A stretch of DNA of 64,000 nt from Chrysomallon squamiferum (GCA_012295275.1 CM022677.1:14322001-14386000); one strand, 5' to 3'; positions 13,058 to 26,370 are shown, counted from the stretch's first letter. Notes: generated by a model not told the origin, from the sequence alone. Program-made: numbers and translations.

Positions 13058-13579
13058 CTTCATAAGAACTACTTCGTCTACAGTGCAGTCTGCCTCCATG
13101 TCAAAGAGAGGTTCTGGTTTCTGAATACTTGCATTGCCAGACAGGTTGAATGCATACACAGTCCTTGCATTGCCAGACAGGTTGAATGTATACACAGTCC
13201 TTGCATTGCCAGACAGGTTGAATGCATACCCAGCCCTTGCATTGCCAGACAGGTTGAATGCATACACAGTCCTTGCATTGCCAGACAGGTTGAATGCATA
13301 CACAGTCCTTGCATTGCCAGACAGGTTTAATGCATACACAGTCCTTGCATTGCCAGACAGGTTGAATGCATACACAGCCCTTGCATTGACAGACAGGTTT
13401 AATGCACACACAGCCCTTGCATTGACAGACAGGTTGAATGTATACACAGCCCTTGCATTGACAGACAGGTTTAATGCACACACAGCCCTTGCATTGACAG
13501 ACAGGTTGAATGTATACACAGTCCTTGCACTGCCAGACAGGTTTAATGCATACACAGCCCTTGCACGATGATCAGCTAG
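13058..13579 (-). CDS. Open 174-codon exon (phase 0-0): RRM first half with RNP2 tandemly amplified
   Basis: cactgcag acceptor and AAG|gtgaag donor; 522 nt with no stop: LADHR(ARxVYxLNLSGN)x13 ASIQKPEPLFDMEADCTVDEVVLMK. Confidence 0.6.
13127..13566. repeat. 33-bp minisatellite, about 13 copies
   Basis: Unit cttgcattgccagacaggttgaatgcatacacagtc-like, highly homogeneous. Confidence 0.95.
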
Positions 13580-14210
13580 CTGCAGTGAAAGTGTGATTTT
13601 AACAATTGTTTATATGTGAGAAGAAATATATTGTTCTTTACATTAAAAAGAAAGGAAAGTTTTAGAAATTAATGTAAAAGTTGATATTAAAACTGGATGC
13701 AAAAGTTGAGATTATATATGTCAAGTATTGTAATGAGAAATGCTATTTCATATTAATCATTTCTTATTTATTATACTCTCTCTCTCCTCTCTCTTTCTCA
13801 CACACACACACACACACTCACACACACTACATTAGTAACTATTTTCTCATTCTTTTATTTGTAAATACATACATAGATTGTATTCAAACAAAATACATTT
13901 GTAAGTATGTGTATTTGTTATAATAAAATAAAGTTAATACAAATAATGTAGTTATACTAATACCTTTTTAAAACTATCCAAATTTTACACATACGTGTGT
14001 TTCTGTGTATATATATATAAACAAAAAATTTCATACACAGAATACAGCACACACATATACTTTGTTTATTACCTGAGGCCAGGTAGGTACTTCTCCATTT
14101 TTCTTGGCCCCAGTGATAGTGTTCAATTCATCAACAGACAGAATACACTCCTCAGAGTCTAGAAATCTGGTATACTTTCATCACTTTCTGTTCTCTTCTC
14201 TATTATTATA

Positions 14211-14280
<70 letters not shown>

Positions 14281-15155
14281 AAGATATGGAGATGAACATT
14301 CTGAATTGTCAAGTGGGAAAGACAAGATATAAATATTCAAAAATAAGGAGAATGTGATGTTTATTATTACAGATAGATACATAGAAAGATAGACAGATAG
14401 CTGTGAACTGTTATTACTGCTCTACTACACACCATATAATCACTCACCATGACCTTTCAACATGATATGACAAATTTCAATAAGTATGAACCATATAAAT
14501 GTTAAAAATAAAAAAATAACTATAACTGTTTACCAGGATGTCCTCCAGGTGCTGTCAGTTTAATCAGGAAGCTGTCTGCAACTGAAGGGAGACAACTGCA
14601 AGATGATTCAATTTTTCCCCTGACTTTTTGACAGCAAGATCTTAAAATTAATTAAGTTTATATAAATAATTTAAAAAGAAAACAACATAACAACAGCATT
14701 AACAATAATAGAACCTTTTATTTAGTATTCCTTCTTTTTTCTTATTGTTACCATTGGATTAGCATAGGTGAGTGTTAGGGTTAGGTTTAGTGTTAGGGTT
14801 ACATATTGCTGCTGATATTGTTGGTGGTAATTATTTTGTAATTTTATAAATATTTGCATTTTTTTACTGAAAAATATAAAATAATTTATTATGTGAAGCT
14901 TACCTAATGAGTTTCCACCAGTATTCAAGCTCTTTCACTCAGAGTTGTGACCCTTGGTGGTATAAACAAAGACTAAGGACAGATTCAATCTTAAATTTAA
15001 ATAAAACAGACCTGAGTATTTTGTACAAAGCATTTAAACATATAAACTGATAACCAAATATTTCTTAACACACACACACACACACACACACATTATCTTA
15101 ATAGTAACAATTAACACTATTGCTGATATACACATTCACTCACACACACACACAT

Positions 15156-16847
15156 GGTTCTATCCCATCTTGTGGAAGTCATAAATAAATCACTAATCTC
15201 ATTCACGGTACTCAAATAAGACAATGGACTAGTTGACAAAGGGTTGAGTGTCGTCCAATCCTGTCAAATCCCATGTACCAGCCACAGAGGAATAACAAAA
15301 CAAGTTCAATTTGTTTATTTAACATTCAAGCACTATATTCAGAGACAGTATTACTCAAAGTTCAAACACTATATTCAGAGATAGTATTATTCAAAGTTCA
15401 AGCACTATGTTCAGAGACAGTATTATTCAAAATTCAAGCACTATGTTCAGAGACAGTATTATTCAAAGTTCAAGCACTATATTCAGAGATAGTATTATTC
15501 AAAGTTCAAGCACTATGTTCAGAGATAGTATTACTCAAAGTTCAAGCACTATGTTCAGAGACAGTATTATTCAAAGTTCAAGCACTATATTCAGAGATAG
15601 TATTATTCAAAGTTCAAGCACTATGTTCAGAGACAGTATTACTCAAAGTTCAAGCACTATATTCAGAGATAGTATTATTCAAAGTTCAAGCACTATATTC
15701 AGAGATAGTATTACTCAAAGTTCAAGCACTATATTCAAGGATAGTATTACTCAAAGTTCAAGCACTATATTCAAGGATAGTATTACTCAAAGTTCAAGCA
15801 CTATATTCAGAGACAGTATTATTCAAAGTTCAAGAACTATATTCAGAGATAGTATTACTCAAAGTTCAAGCACTATATTCAAGGATAGTATTACTCAAAG
15901 TTCAAGCACTATATTCAAGGATACTGTGATCAACCGAGTTACAAAGTACACGTTTGAAGAGGTGTACAACTGCATCGAGGTACTGGAGAAGTGTCTTGTC
16001 TCCAGCCTACAACTGTCTCTTGAGACGTCCTAGCCGGAGCTGCACCTCCAAACTGGATCTGAATCCTTTTGGCCCGATCTGCCTTCTTGATTACATGGAT
16101 GAGATCTACAAACTTGTAGATGTTGGGTGCTGGTGGGGAAGAGCTCTGTTGAGCCTTGAATGGAACCCGGCAATGAAGCAAACATGAGGGGGAACAAAAT
16201 AATCCATGCACAATATACAACTGATTCCACAAACCAGGGAAAGAGGAGAACATCCTGTCCATGTAGATTGTCTCAGCTGTCTGTAGATCTCTTAGCTGAT
16301 CATCAGTTGAGAACTCCACCATTTTGTCAGCATCTCCATCTGTGAACAAGAGGAAGCATCTTGTGTTTGTGTCCAGGGTGCTTGTAGGTGCAGCTCTTCT
16401 CTGGAGGCTGGGAGGACAGGGATGGTGGTTTTATGATCATGGTACAAGGTGCTCTTCACACTGTGGAAGGTAGGCAAGGCAGGAACATTGTTGTCATCGT
16501 GGTGGACAACCTCATCATTGTAGATCTGTTGTGTGATTTTGTCTCTCGCCTGCTTGCAGATGTGCTCATGAAACGAATGGCAGTCTGGTTATCAGGTGGG
16601 TGATTAAAAAACATAAAACAAGACATTGGAGGCAACTGAAAATGTAAAACAAGCCAGGGAAGATTTGATCAGTAGGCTAAACAAAACAATGTAAAACAAA
16701 GGAAGATTAACCAATTTTCTAAACAAGACACAAAACAAATAATACATTTACAGCATTGGATTAATCCATTCAGCAGCAAGACAGGGTCAGGTTGTTAGTT
16801 CAGTATTAATTTTGACAAAATGGGATTCGACAAGATGGGACGACGCC
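15156..16847 (-). mobile_element. Internally deleted Mutator-like (MULE) element, family 2, inserted in a (CA)n tract
   Basis: ORF 15939-16349 reads FSTDDQLRDLQTAETIYMDRMFSSFPGLWNQLYIVHG (MULE MDGTF...P..F.QLY.IH) and PNIYKFVDLI. Imperfect TIRs are ggttctatcccatcttgtggaa (15156) and ttcgacaagatgggacgacgcc (16847). Confidence 0.82.
15324..15925. repeat. 36-bp minisatellite, about 16-17 copies, inside the MULE (about 5 copies at 29810-29992)
   Basis: Unit caagcactatattcagagatagtattattcaaagtt. Confidence 0.95.
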
Positions 16848-17393
16848 ACACACACACATACACACAATTATCTGAGTAGCAATTATCACTACTGCTGATA
16901 CACACACACTCACTCACACACACAATCACACATTAGCAGAGTAGCAATTATCACTATTGCTGATACACACACACATTATAAAGGATTTCTTGTAAATTTC
17001 TCTGCGGCCACTATGCCAGAATTGCAACAGAAGCTTTGATTTGAGTCATCTTGATAAAAATGAAAAAAAAAAAAAAGAAACATTCATCTTTCATATACAT
17101 ACTACAACACATACTGAAAAACACATAGAAAAAGCTAGCAAATGCACATACATAGACACACATAGACAGACAGACAGAAACTCAGAAATAAACACACCAA
17201 CTAACCCTAAATATACCAATGACAGATGACAAATACACTGAGATGCCAAACACAGACACAAATAGAATGACAAAGAATGAATGAGAAAGAAAATACAGAG
17301 AAGAAAGAGAGAGTATTAAGTAGAAGTATGTTGATAATTATGGATAAAGAAGAAAGAAAAGAAAAATATACAGAAAAAAGTATGTGTAGGAGT

Positions 17394-17434
<41 letters not shown>

Positions 17435-17691
17435 ATTTTCAAGAGCATGAGAACAAAGACAAAAAGGAAACAATCAGTTTTTACATACCTAATAAACAAC
17501 TGGAGTTCAGTCTTAATTCCTGCAGAGAACTTGTGTCTGGTTTGGATTCTGGAATATCTGAAGTAAATGAAAAATAATATCAAGAAACTTGGCAATTGTA
17601 TTTTAACTATCAGCAGAAAAAGGAAAAACAAAAAGAAGAAAAAATATAATAATGAGAAATAGTTAGAAAATGAAATACACATATGTGTAAG

Positions 17692-17764
<73 letters not shown>

Positions 17765-17911
17765 ATAAGATATAATGATATACAAATCTAAATTAACCAT
17801 CAACAGTAAGTGTTTGGTTGTTAACTTTTGCATCATTCAGATGAAAAGCAGTCATCTTTGGACGATTGAAAACAGAAGACAAAAACTGAGTACTCAATTT
17901 AGTGATCCCAG

Positions 17912-19475
17912 CGGTTTATTCCTGATTCTGGCAGTGAGATTATAACACATCTTAATTGGACACGCCAGTTGTTCCATTTCTGGATTTTATTTCTCACCCT
18001 TACTAATTGGTTCCGTCACCTTAACTGATGAACTTTTGTTAAACTGTATTTTGTCCACAATTTGTAGGACAATCAGTCAGACTCTACGCAAGAAATGTCC
18101 CAGAAAGCCAGCGAGCTGACAAGTAGGAAGCTGTGTCCTGGGTACACGTGACGTACTCCAATCCCAGCTGGAAGAGCTTTTCTTGTCTTCTTCAGTGAGG
18201 CGGGACTTCATTGGTTTCTGTCCATCTTTCAGCTGCAGCAGATGGGCTTCCTTGTTGGCATTCTCTGACTTGAACAGGAGAATCAGCTCATATATGTTCA
18301 TGTGTGGTTTCACTCCTCTCTTGGCCAACCTGCTGTTGTAACCTGCACAGTTGTTGTTTGACCTAGGGGTGTTGCTCCTGAAGTGGTTCCAAATGGTCAA
18401 TGGAAAGTTGCCATTAATCCACGTATCTCGAAAGTACTCACTGAACTGAAAGCAAACTGGCAGATCTGGTTTGTGGGTCACTACAAGGTTGTATCCATCC
18501 ACAACACGAGTAACTGGAAGGAATGCTAGTCCAACAAACATACAGAACCACTTGCATACGTCCTCACTGGACATGTAAGCAGGGGAGAGGCCCAATCCTT
18601 GAAGATTCCGTACAGGGCTTGGCCGAAGTGGTATAGGCATCCCTTCAGATGTGTAGATGGCATCAAATCACGAATCACGAATCACGAAGCACTGCTATTT
18701 CAAAATCCACAATCACAGTTTTAGGTTCAACAGAACACATGGGTTAGGTGACAATAAATCACATACAGCTGGTAAAAGATCTTCGGACAGATCTTGAATG
18801 TTCCATCCATTGACTCGCAAAGTCTCCTAAAATCAGCACCAGTACCAAACACAATGATTCTACTCTTCACCTGCACGTCATCCACATGGACAAAATCGGA
18901 TCCCAACTCTGTCTTGGTCCACTCACCTTCCAGGTGTAAATCCATGGCTGCCTTTGGAGTTTGCAGGCTTTTTTGCTCTCTGTCAGTACAAGCAGGATTT
19001 GATTCCCTCAAACATACTCAGCCTGGAAGCTATGTCCTGTGGTGTTGCGTCTCCATTCTTGGTCCACAATTTCTTCCTCTCCTCTTCATATATCTTTGGG
19101 ATACTCCTCTCATGCTTGCTTCCGCATGGTGTTGGTCAGTAGGTGGACAGCAACTTCACTCTCATCCGAGGAATGGATGTGGTCTTTACCTCTCCCGACC
19201 ACAGTCCCATCCGGTGTAGTAGTCACAGTGGCAAGGCACCTGAAATACAGACATCTCCATGACATTCTTGTTATTAATCCGCCGTGTATACCTATATCCA
19301 TTGATCTTGTTAAAATTGTAATATTTCCTGTCTCCAGATTTTACTGAGATACAACATTAATTTCATGTCTGCAAACATTAATTTTCTTGCAATCTCTATT
19401 CCGGCTCACCTCTGCTCTTCACTGCTCATTAAAGTTAATCTTGTTAATCACCTCTGTTCTTCATGCCTCTTGTTA
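17912..19475 (-). mobile_element. FLYWCH-MULE transposase element, family 1, degenerate
   Basis: SWRC...RC.ATVTT...H.H (FLYWCH); RIIVFGT...MDGTFKICPKIFYQLY; LAFLP; YFRDTWI...WNHF...RSNNNC.GYNSRL; TIR cggtttattcctgattctggcagtgag at 17912. Confidence 0.92.
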
Positions 19476-19945
19476 ATTGCAGTTGTAGTTGTTTTAGTAG
19501 TAGTAACAGTTGTAGTAGCAGTGGTAGCAGAATTCGTAGTTGTGCTAGTAGTGGTAACAATACTAGAAGTAGTAATAGTTTAAATATTAATAGAACTAGT
19601 AGTAGTAATAGTTGTAGTATTAGTAGTAACTATACTAGTTGTAGTATTAGTACTAGTTGTAACTGTGATAGAATTAGCTTAGGTTTTATAGTAGTAGTAA
19701 ATACAACAAGAAGAGGTAGTAAATAACAGGAGCCACCACAGTAGTAGTAGTAGTGGTGGTAGTAGTAGTAGATGTAATAATGGTAGTAAAAATAACATAA
19801 TTAACATATATAATAACTAATTGATACTGCTGGAGAATTACATATAATAATAATACTACTACTAATATACTACTACTAATAATAACACCAACACTAACAA
19901 TAATTATAATAATGAGACAAAAAACAACAACAACAACAATAATAA

Positions 19946-19976
<31 letters not shown>

Positions 19977-20086
19977 AAGAAGAAGAAGAAGAAAACGAAG
20001 ATGAAGAAGAAGAGAAAATAAGAATTTATTTTTCAGAGGTATACATATATAAATATAAAAATAATTTCTTTGTTACTGGATATTAA

Positions 20087-20127
<41 letters not shown>

Positions 20128-20389
20128 CTATTATTATTATTATTGCTATTATTATTATTATCATTACTATTCTCGTTATTACTATTATTACTACTAATAC
20201 TACTACTACTAATATTATTCTTATTATTTTTCTTATATATAATATTTTCTCTCTTTGTTATACTTCAAAAAATATTACAACTTTGGCAATAATTGTTAAA
20301 AATCATAATGAAAAGAAACAGAAAAAAAGAAAGAAACTTCCTAATTATGAACAAATACGAAATGATATAAAGACACAGACTGACATACA

Positions 20390-21305
20390 GAAGGACAAAC
20401 AGATAAGTATATAGTAAGTAGAGACCCAGGTAAACAGGAGGATTCTCAGAAAGAAATACACACAGACAAACAGATAAGTATATAGTAAGTAGAGACCCAG
20501 GTAAACAGAAGAGATTCTCAGAAAGAAATACACACAGACAAACATATAAGTATATAGTAAGTACAGACATAGGTATACAGACAGATGCTCAGAAAGAAAT
20601 ACAGACAAACATATAAGTATATAGTAAGTACAGACATAGGTATACAGACAGATTCTCAGAAAGAAATACACACAGACATATAAGTATATAGTAAGTACAG
20701 ACATAGGTATACAGACATATACAGTATATAAGAAAGTACAGACATAGGTATACAGACAGATTCTCAGAAAGAAATACACAAACAGACAGTATAACATATA
20801 CAGACATAGGTATACAGACAGATTCTAGTAAGTACAGACATAGGTAGTACAGACAGACAGATTCTCAGAAAGAAAAATACAGACAAACATATAAGTATAT
20901 AGTAAGTACAGACATAGGTATACAGACAGATTCTCAGAAAGAAAGAAATACACATGAACACACAGATATAAGTACAGACATAGGTATACAGACAGATAGA
21001 AAGAAATACAGATGAACAGATATATAGTAAGTACAGACATAGGTATACAGACAGATGCTCAGAAAGAAATACACAGATGTACAGACATAGATATAGACAG
21101 ATACACACAGACAAACATACAGACATAGGTATACAGACAGATTCTCAGAAAGAAATACACACAGACAAACAGATAAGTATATATAGTACAGACATAGGTA
21201 CAGACAGAGGTATATAGACAGATTCTCAGAAATATAGACAGATTCTCAAGACAAATGTATTTATCTGAACATTTTAAAGGAAAGAAATACACACAGACAA
21301 ACAGA
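20390..21305. repeat. About 67-71-bp degenerate minisatellite (shorter array at 35020-35345)
   Basis: Unit acagacaaacagataagtatatagtaagtacagacataggtatacagacagattctcagaaagaaat. Confidence 0.9.
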
Positions 21306-23127
21306 AAAGCAGAGAGAGATAGAAATAAATCAGTATGTAATAGGGAGACAGACAGAAAGAGAAATAGACAGATAGACTAATACATATTTACAGACATAAT
21401 TACCTGAATATTTTTTAAAGGTTTTAAAACCTGACTAGGTGGTAAAGCTTGTGTCAGTTTAAGTCTTGGTCTGGCTGCTTTCAACAAAAACTCCAGTTTC
21501 ACAAGATTAGTCAGTTGAGTCAAACTTTTTCTGCGGCAGTGGATGCTTATCTTCTATGCTGTCACCCTTACAGGAAAAAGTTTTGAAACTAATTTCTTTT
21601 CTTTTGTCAGAATTGTTTCAGCAGTTTGTTCACTTTCTTTCTTAGACATTATTTTTACTGAAATACCTCTCGTAATGGGTGGTGATGTTTCTGGTTTCTT
21701 TTCTAGTGTATCTGGATGTTTCTTGGCACAGGAGTTCGAGTTTTCAGTGTTTGGTGTGGTGATGTCAGTTTGTCTCAGGTCTAATGGTGGTACTGGTGTT
21801 GTTGGTGCTGACTGCCGTTTCATTTTCAATGATTTGAAACCCATGTCAGCTCTGTGGAAATAACAAAAGAGAGAGAAAAAGAAAAAAATATATATATGTA
21901 AAACAAGAAACATTAAGAAGAACTATAATAATAAAAATAATTATAACTAGCTTGTAAAAAAAATAATAACAACAATAATAATAATAATAAATAATAAAAT
22001 AAAATAATTTGAATTATTATAATGTAGAAAAATAACTAGAAAGATGAAGATGCAGTTAAGAGATTGAAAATATTAATACTATAAATAAATAAAAAATTAA
22101 AAAATAAATAAATAAATTAGTAAATCAAAATTTAAATTAAGATTATAACAATAAAATAAATACATACACATAAATACAATAATAATAATTAAAAAAATTA
22201 TTCTAATTCTTCAAATAAAATGAGCAGGATAACAAAATTCAAAAAATGGGTCTTACAACATTTTCAACTGAAGTGCTGGCTAAGGCAGCTTGAATCTGTT
22301 GTCTAGGATCCTACAACAAAATATAATATTCATTAATAAACTAAACATAAAATACAGTGCAAGTAGCATTTTACATTATTCAAATAGTTGTAAATTCTGT
22401 AAATAAAATATTGAAATAAATTCAACGTATTTGTTTATTGTTTAATTATTCTATAATATAAGATAAGAGTGTAATGTGTGTGTTTTTTTATTCATTAAGT
22501 TATTACCCTTTCACATTGTTTTGAATCCATGTTTTGAAGATCTTTTTGTAAAAGTTCTTTTCAACAAAAGGATCAACACCTTTTGGATCCACATGTTCAT
22601 CAGTCTGATGAGATGTTCTTCAGGATGAAAGTTAAGTAGCAACAAAAGTTTCTGTATTAGGAAAGGAAAGAGGTGTACAAGAATTAAATAAAAATATTGA
22701 TAACTAAGACAGTATATTTACATTGTAAAAAGAAGCTTTACAGCATCTTAACAAAATATTAAAGCAACTGGTCTGGTAAAGTACATTATATTTGTTGATT
22801 TAGTAAACACTTACTTCAAGCTGGTCACTAATGACACTGCTAAAACAGACCAAATCTAAAATAAAGAAAAAATATTTTATTTAAGAACAGACACAGCATG
22901 TTTTTTTTTTACTATTTCTAATATCTTAAAAGGAACTAACTACACATATAATGAAAAAGAAACCCTGTTTCTAAAATATGAAGTGACACCCTTTTAAACA
23001 AGCAACTAAAAATAGTTTTCTAATATACATCTTTCCACAAACCCACCCCCCAAAAAACAAACAAACATATACGATAATGTTATACATATATCAGCTAGAT
23101 TGGATAATCAGCTAGATTGTTAAATAA

Positions 23128-23190
23128 CCTTATACCAGTCTGTGTAGCAGATCCACATGTTGCAGACCAGGCACCATAAACATAAGCACT
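23128..23190 (-). pseudogene. TSP1 repeat fragment (duplicate at about 37113-37178)
   Basis: YGAWSATCGSATQTGIR resembles CSxTCG...xRxR. Confidence 0.5.
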
Positions 23191-23461
23191 AAAAAAATGG
23201 TTTTGTATAAATGGAATAAAAAATATACATTATAACTTTAGAAATGTGCTGTTTAATGGTTCAATAAACCTAATGTAATTCATTGGCCTTGAAGTTCCTC
23301 CAAATCATTAACAACAGAATTTTAGAGAAATCATTAAATAAATATTTTATTATTTGAGTCATTTTTCACTTTTATAGGTAGAGAAGTAATTTTATTCCTC
23401 AGATTATTTAGTGACAGCAGCTTTACTCACAATATAGAGATTGTTAACATTGTCAGCAATA

Positions 23462-23661
23462 NNNNNNNNNNNNNNNNNNNNNNNNNNNNNNNNNNNNNNN
23501 NNNNNNNNNNNNNNNNNNNNNNNNNNNNNNNNNNNNNNNNNNNNNNNNNNNNNNNNNNNNNNNNNNNNNNNNNNNNNNNNNNNNNNNNNNNNNNNNNNNN
23601 NNNNNNNNNNNNNNNNNNNNNNNNNNNNNNNNNNNNNNNNNNNNNNNNNNNNNNNNNNNNN
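23462..23661. other. Scaffold gap (200 N)
   Basis: Run of 200 N. Confidence 1.
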
Positions 23662-24052
23662 TTGTTATACTTCGTTCAGTTACGTATTGCTAAACAACTT
23701 GTGTGCTCTGCGTTCTGTTGTATTTGAAGAACATGAACCTCCAGATAACACAAATTTAACAAGTATAATTTGATGTGTATCTATTTCTGGCACTTAGACA
23801 ACTGGCACACTAATAATCTATCTGTAATCATTTGTATCATTTTATTTAAAAATAGAACTAATTACATTGTTATTACTACTACTACTACTACTACTACTAT
23901 ATTATTATTATTATTATTATTATAGAAAAAAATATACAAGAGATCAATGTTCTGTAAGTGAAAGTTATGTCTATGCTTTGTAAGTTTGTGTTTCGTGTTT
24001 AATCATTTTCTTTTACTAAATCACGACATCTCTACTTGTTAGTTATAGAAAA

Positions 24053-24445
24053 TTACTGAAAGCAATCAATTCCGAAGTTGTGTTTGATATTGTCCTTTTC
24101 AAGATTTCTAATGTTCTGCACGCGCAGTTCAATACTGTCGTCTGCTTTGAGTTCAAACAACGCGCCTTGGTAAGTGGGAGTAAAGCCTTGTATCCCTGGT
24201 GATGGCAAAGCAAACTGAGAGTTGAAACATTCGAATAATTTCTCTTCGTGTTTCCCGCCATTTCTAAGCCAGATGGTATGAGCAGAAGTGGCGTCGTCTT
24301 GTGTTTGGTCGTTCACGAAAACAAGATGAGCGTAAATAAAACACGTGCCAGGCGTTTTTACTTGAATGCGGCCATCTTTGTACATCATCTTCTTCCCAAT
24401 GAACGCAGAGGCTTGTTTCCAATGGAGAATATTCTGTCCTTCTTC

Positions 24446-24500
<55 letters not shown>

Positions 24501-24597
24501 TTAATAATTGTTTAGCAAACTCTGCCTTTCTCTCTATCTCTCATACACAGGTATACATCCACATTAAATGTAGAAACTCTAATAAAAAGACTGATAA

Positions 24598-24648
<51 letters not shown>

Positions 24649-25937
24649 ATTGTTATTATTATTATTTGACAATAAATAGTTAATATGGTAACATAATGAA
24701 CACATCTGTTATTTAAAAATGATTTTTGATACTTTAACAATTCAATACTGTTTAACCTTTAACGAACTTTGACCTCACCTGACCTCACCCAGTCAATTTC
24801 GCGTAGATATGCTGTGCGGTCATTCTCCCCATCAAAACGTGGGTCAGAATCTAAAAAAAAGAATGACATATATATATATATATATATATATATTTCGACG
24901 TTAATGTTTTTAATTATGCTACATTTAGCACAAGCTCAGTCTATATTGAAAATATCTCGGTCGATTCCGGTCAGTCGGAACACCTCGTCACATTCCGCTA
25001 CGCTCATATTTCAAAGAAATGTACGAAATGTTCCGAATATGTAACGAGGTGCTGAACCTACCCGAGTTGTAACGAATCCCGCCTCTACACAAATTTCAGT
25101 ATTACTCAGCGGTTAGGACGAAGTCGGTATTGTTTAGTTATTCACTGCCCACTGCGCATAACGTCTAATTATAGAACCGGGGATTTCCACGTTGATTGTT
25201 AAATAATTCGTCAATCCTCTGATGAAACAAAATATAATATATTAATGTTTATACGATCACTGGATGGCAAATCAATTGACGTTCATACGTTATTAACACA
25301 ACCAGTCGGGCTAGTTAGAAACAGTTGTGATTAGACCGAACCAGTCGTTTACTAGACAAAGTCGTTCAGACGTGCCTTACTGTCGAATATACAGTTTAAC
25401 ACATACCTGTGTGTTTTCTTGTGTTTTTTATTTTGTTATATCTCTTTTTATATATATATATGTTGTGCGTGCGTGTGTGTGTGTGTTTGTGTTTGTGTTT
25501 GTGTGAATTCGCGTATGAAGGAGTGACACAGACAGAGGAACTGACAGGGGCAGATAGAGAAAAAGAAATAAGAGTTTTTGATTTTTCAAATTTTCTCCGA
25601 ATTTGAGTGTGTGTGAATGTGTATGTGTATGTGTGTATGTATGTGTGTATATGTGTGTATGTGTATGTGTACGGGTCATAAATGTCACTTTTAGTTTTGA
25701 GTGTATTAAGAATATTATTGTATATTAAGAATGATTTACTACTCACTTTTGGCTCTCTCTTGCTGGTACTTTGTTTTTACAAACTGCGAATAAATAGAAA
25801 TGTACAAAAGAATCAACATATTTTATTTGATATGTAAGAACATACACATATACATACACACATCATGAACTACAGCAACAACAAGTATAACAATACTAAT
25901 AATAATACTAATACTACTAATAATAATAATAATAGTA

Positions 25938-25972
<35 letters not shown>

Positions 25973-26370
25973 CTTTGTTAGGATGTCGATCAGGTTTCGC
26001 TCACGACCAGCACAGCACATATTTCCATCTTCTCGAACGTCGAAGTCGTAGATGTTGTCAGTTTTGTCATCGTCGGTGAGATAAACATCTTTGCACGGAA
26101 AGCAGACGTCGTCGTCCCATTGCACAACGGTTTGACGTTGTGGCTGCACCCGTGGTGTAGTGAAAGTTAGAGATATAACGATCACCAGAAAAGAAAAAGG
26201 ACAATGATCTCTGTCCAGAATTTGTTTTTCTCTTTTTCTGTGTCTTTATCTTTGTCTAAATTTTCTTCTCCATTTGGTTTGATGAGTGGCTCGTCACTGC
26301 TACCTGGATTACACCTTTCTCTCTGTTTCACTTCTTTGTTTTGTAACAAACTTTCGTTGTTACGATCCAT
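24053..26370 (-). CDS. TNF superfamily ligand (type II membrane protein), 4 exons: 26370-25973, 25783-25747, 24850-24779, 24441-24053; one frameshift at about 26190
   Basis: Charged N-terminus, TM segment FWTEIIVLFLF/LVIVISLTF and stalk VCFPC...MCC. Exons join with consistent phases: ILTK|FVKTKYQQERAK|NSDPRFDGENDRTAYLREIDWVRS|EGQNILHWKQASAF..MMYKDGRIQVKTPGTCFIYAHLVF...TYQGALFELKADDSIELRV...HNFG, a TNF homology domain. Canonical GT/AG sites. Confidence 0.92.
25179..25188. promoter_or_regulatory. NF-kB (kB) consensus site GGGGATTTCC in TNF intron 2
   Basis: Exact GGGRNWYYCC match in a relatively CpG-rich non-repetitive intron segment; function not shown. Confidence 0.4.

Larger units (their letters stand above)
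11337..22860 (-). pseudogene. Multi-exon gene encoding a low-complexity N-terminus, RI-type LRRs and a C-terminal RRM (copy A; several exons disabled)
   Basis: AG/GT-bounded exons: 22651-22507; 22310-22257 (DPRQQIQAALASTSVENV); 21851-21404 (S/T/P/K-rich, stop); 17557-17489 (SSLQELRLNSSCL); 14972-14904 (NSE*KSLNTGGNSLG); about 14640-14535; about 14200-14072; 13579-13058; 12688-12593; 12056-11974; 11406-11337. The last four join in frame into an RRM: RAVYALNL...LF...TVDEVVLMK|DPVTCSNRGTAWILM...KAIDCYNRVE|IFGQPFIV. Confidence 0.65.
14983..23445. repeat. About 8-kb segmental duplication, copy A (direct repeat of 29483-37423)
   Basis: Shared start ttcaatcttaaatttaaataaaac and shared end cagctttactcacaata.agagattgtt; same order of minisatellite, MULEs and exons. 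Confidence 0.95.

Noticed and set aside
13101-13481. Cys-rich metallothionein/keratin-associated-like ORF (CVCIQPVWQCKD)n
   Set aside because: Alternative frame of the same minisatellite; only the VYALNLSGN frame fits the splice phases and the RRM context.
13127-13566. CRISPR-like array
   Set aside because: Head-to-tail repeats with no unique spacers, no cas genes and a eukaryotic context; the same applies to the 36-, 42- and 51-bp arrays.
13058-13579. Reading the LNLSGN repeat as a true LRR array
   Set aside because: The period is far shorter than an LRR (20-29 aa), and the downstream sequence continues as an RRM.
15273-16033. 218-aa and 208-aa plus-strand ORFs
   Set aside because: Products of the 36-bp minisatellite inside a MULE; no domain evidence.
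24789-24850. Alternative frame of TNF exon 3 ending in AKLTG (AHLTG-like)
   Set aside because: Incompatible with the phase-1 end of exon 2 and with any acceptor of exon 4.
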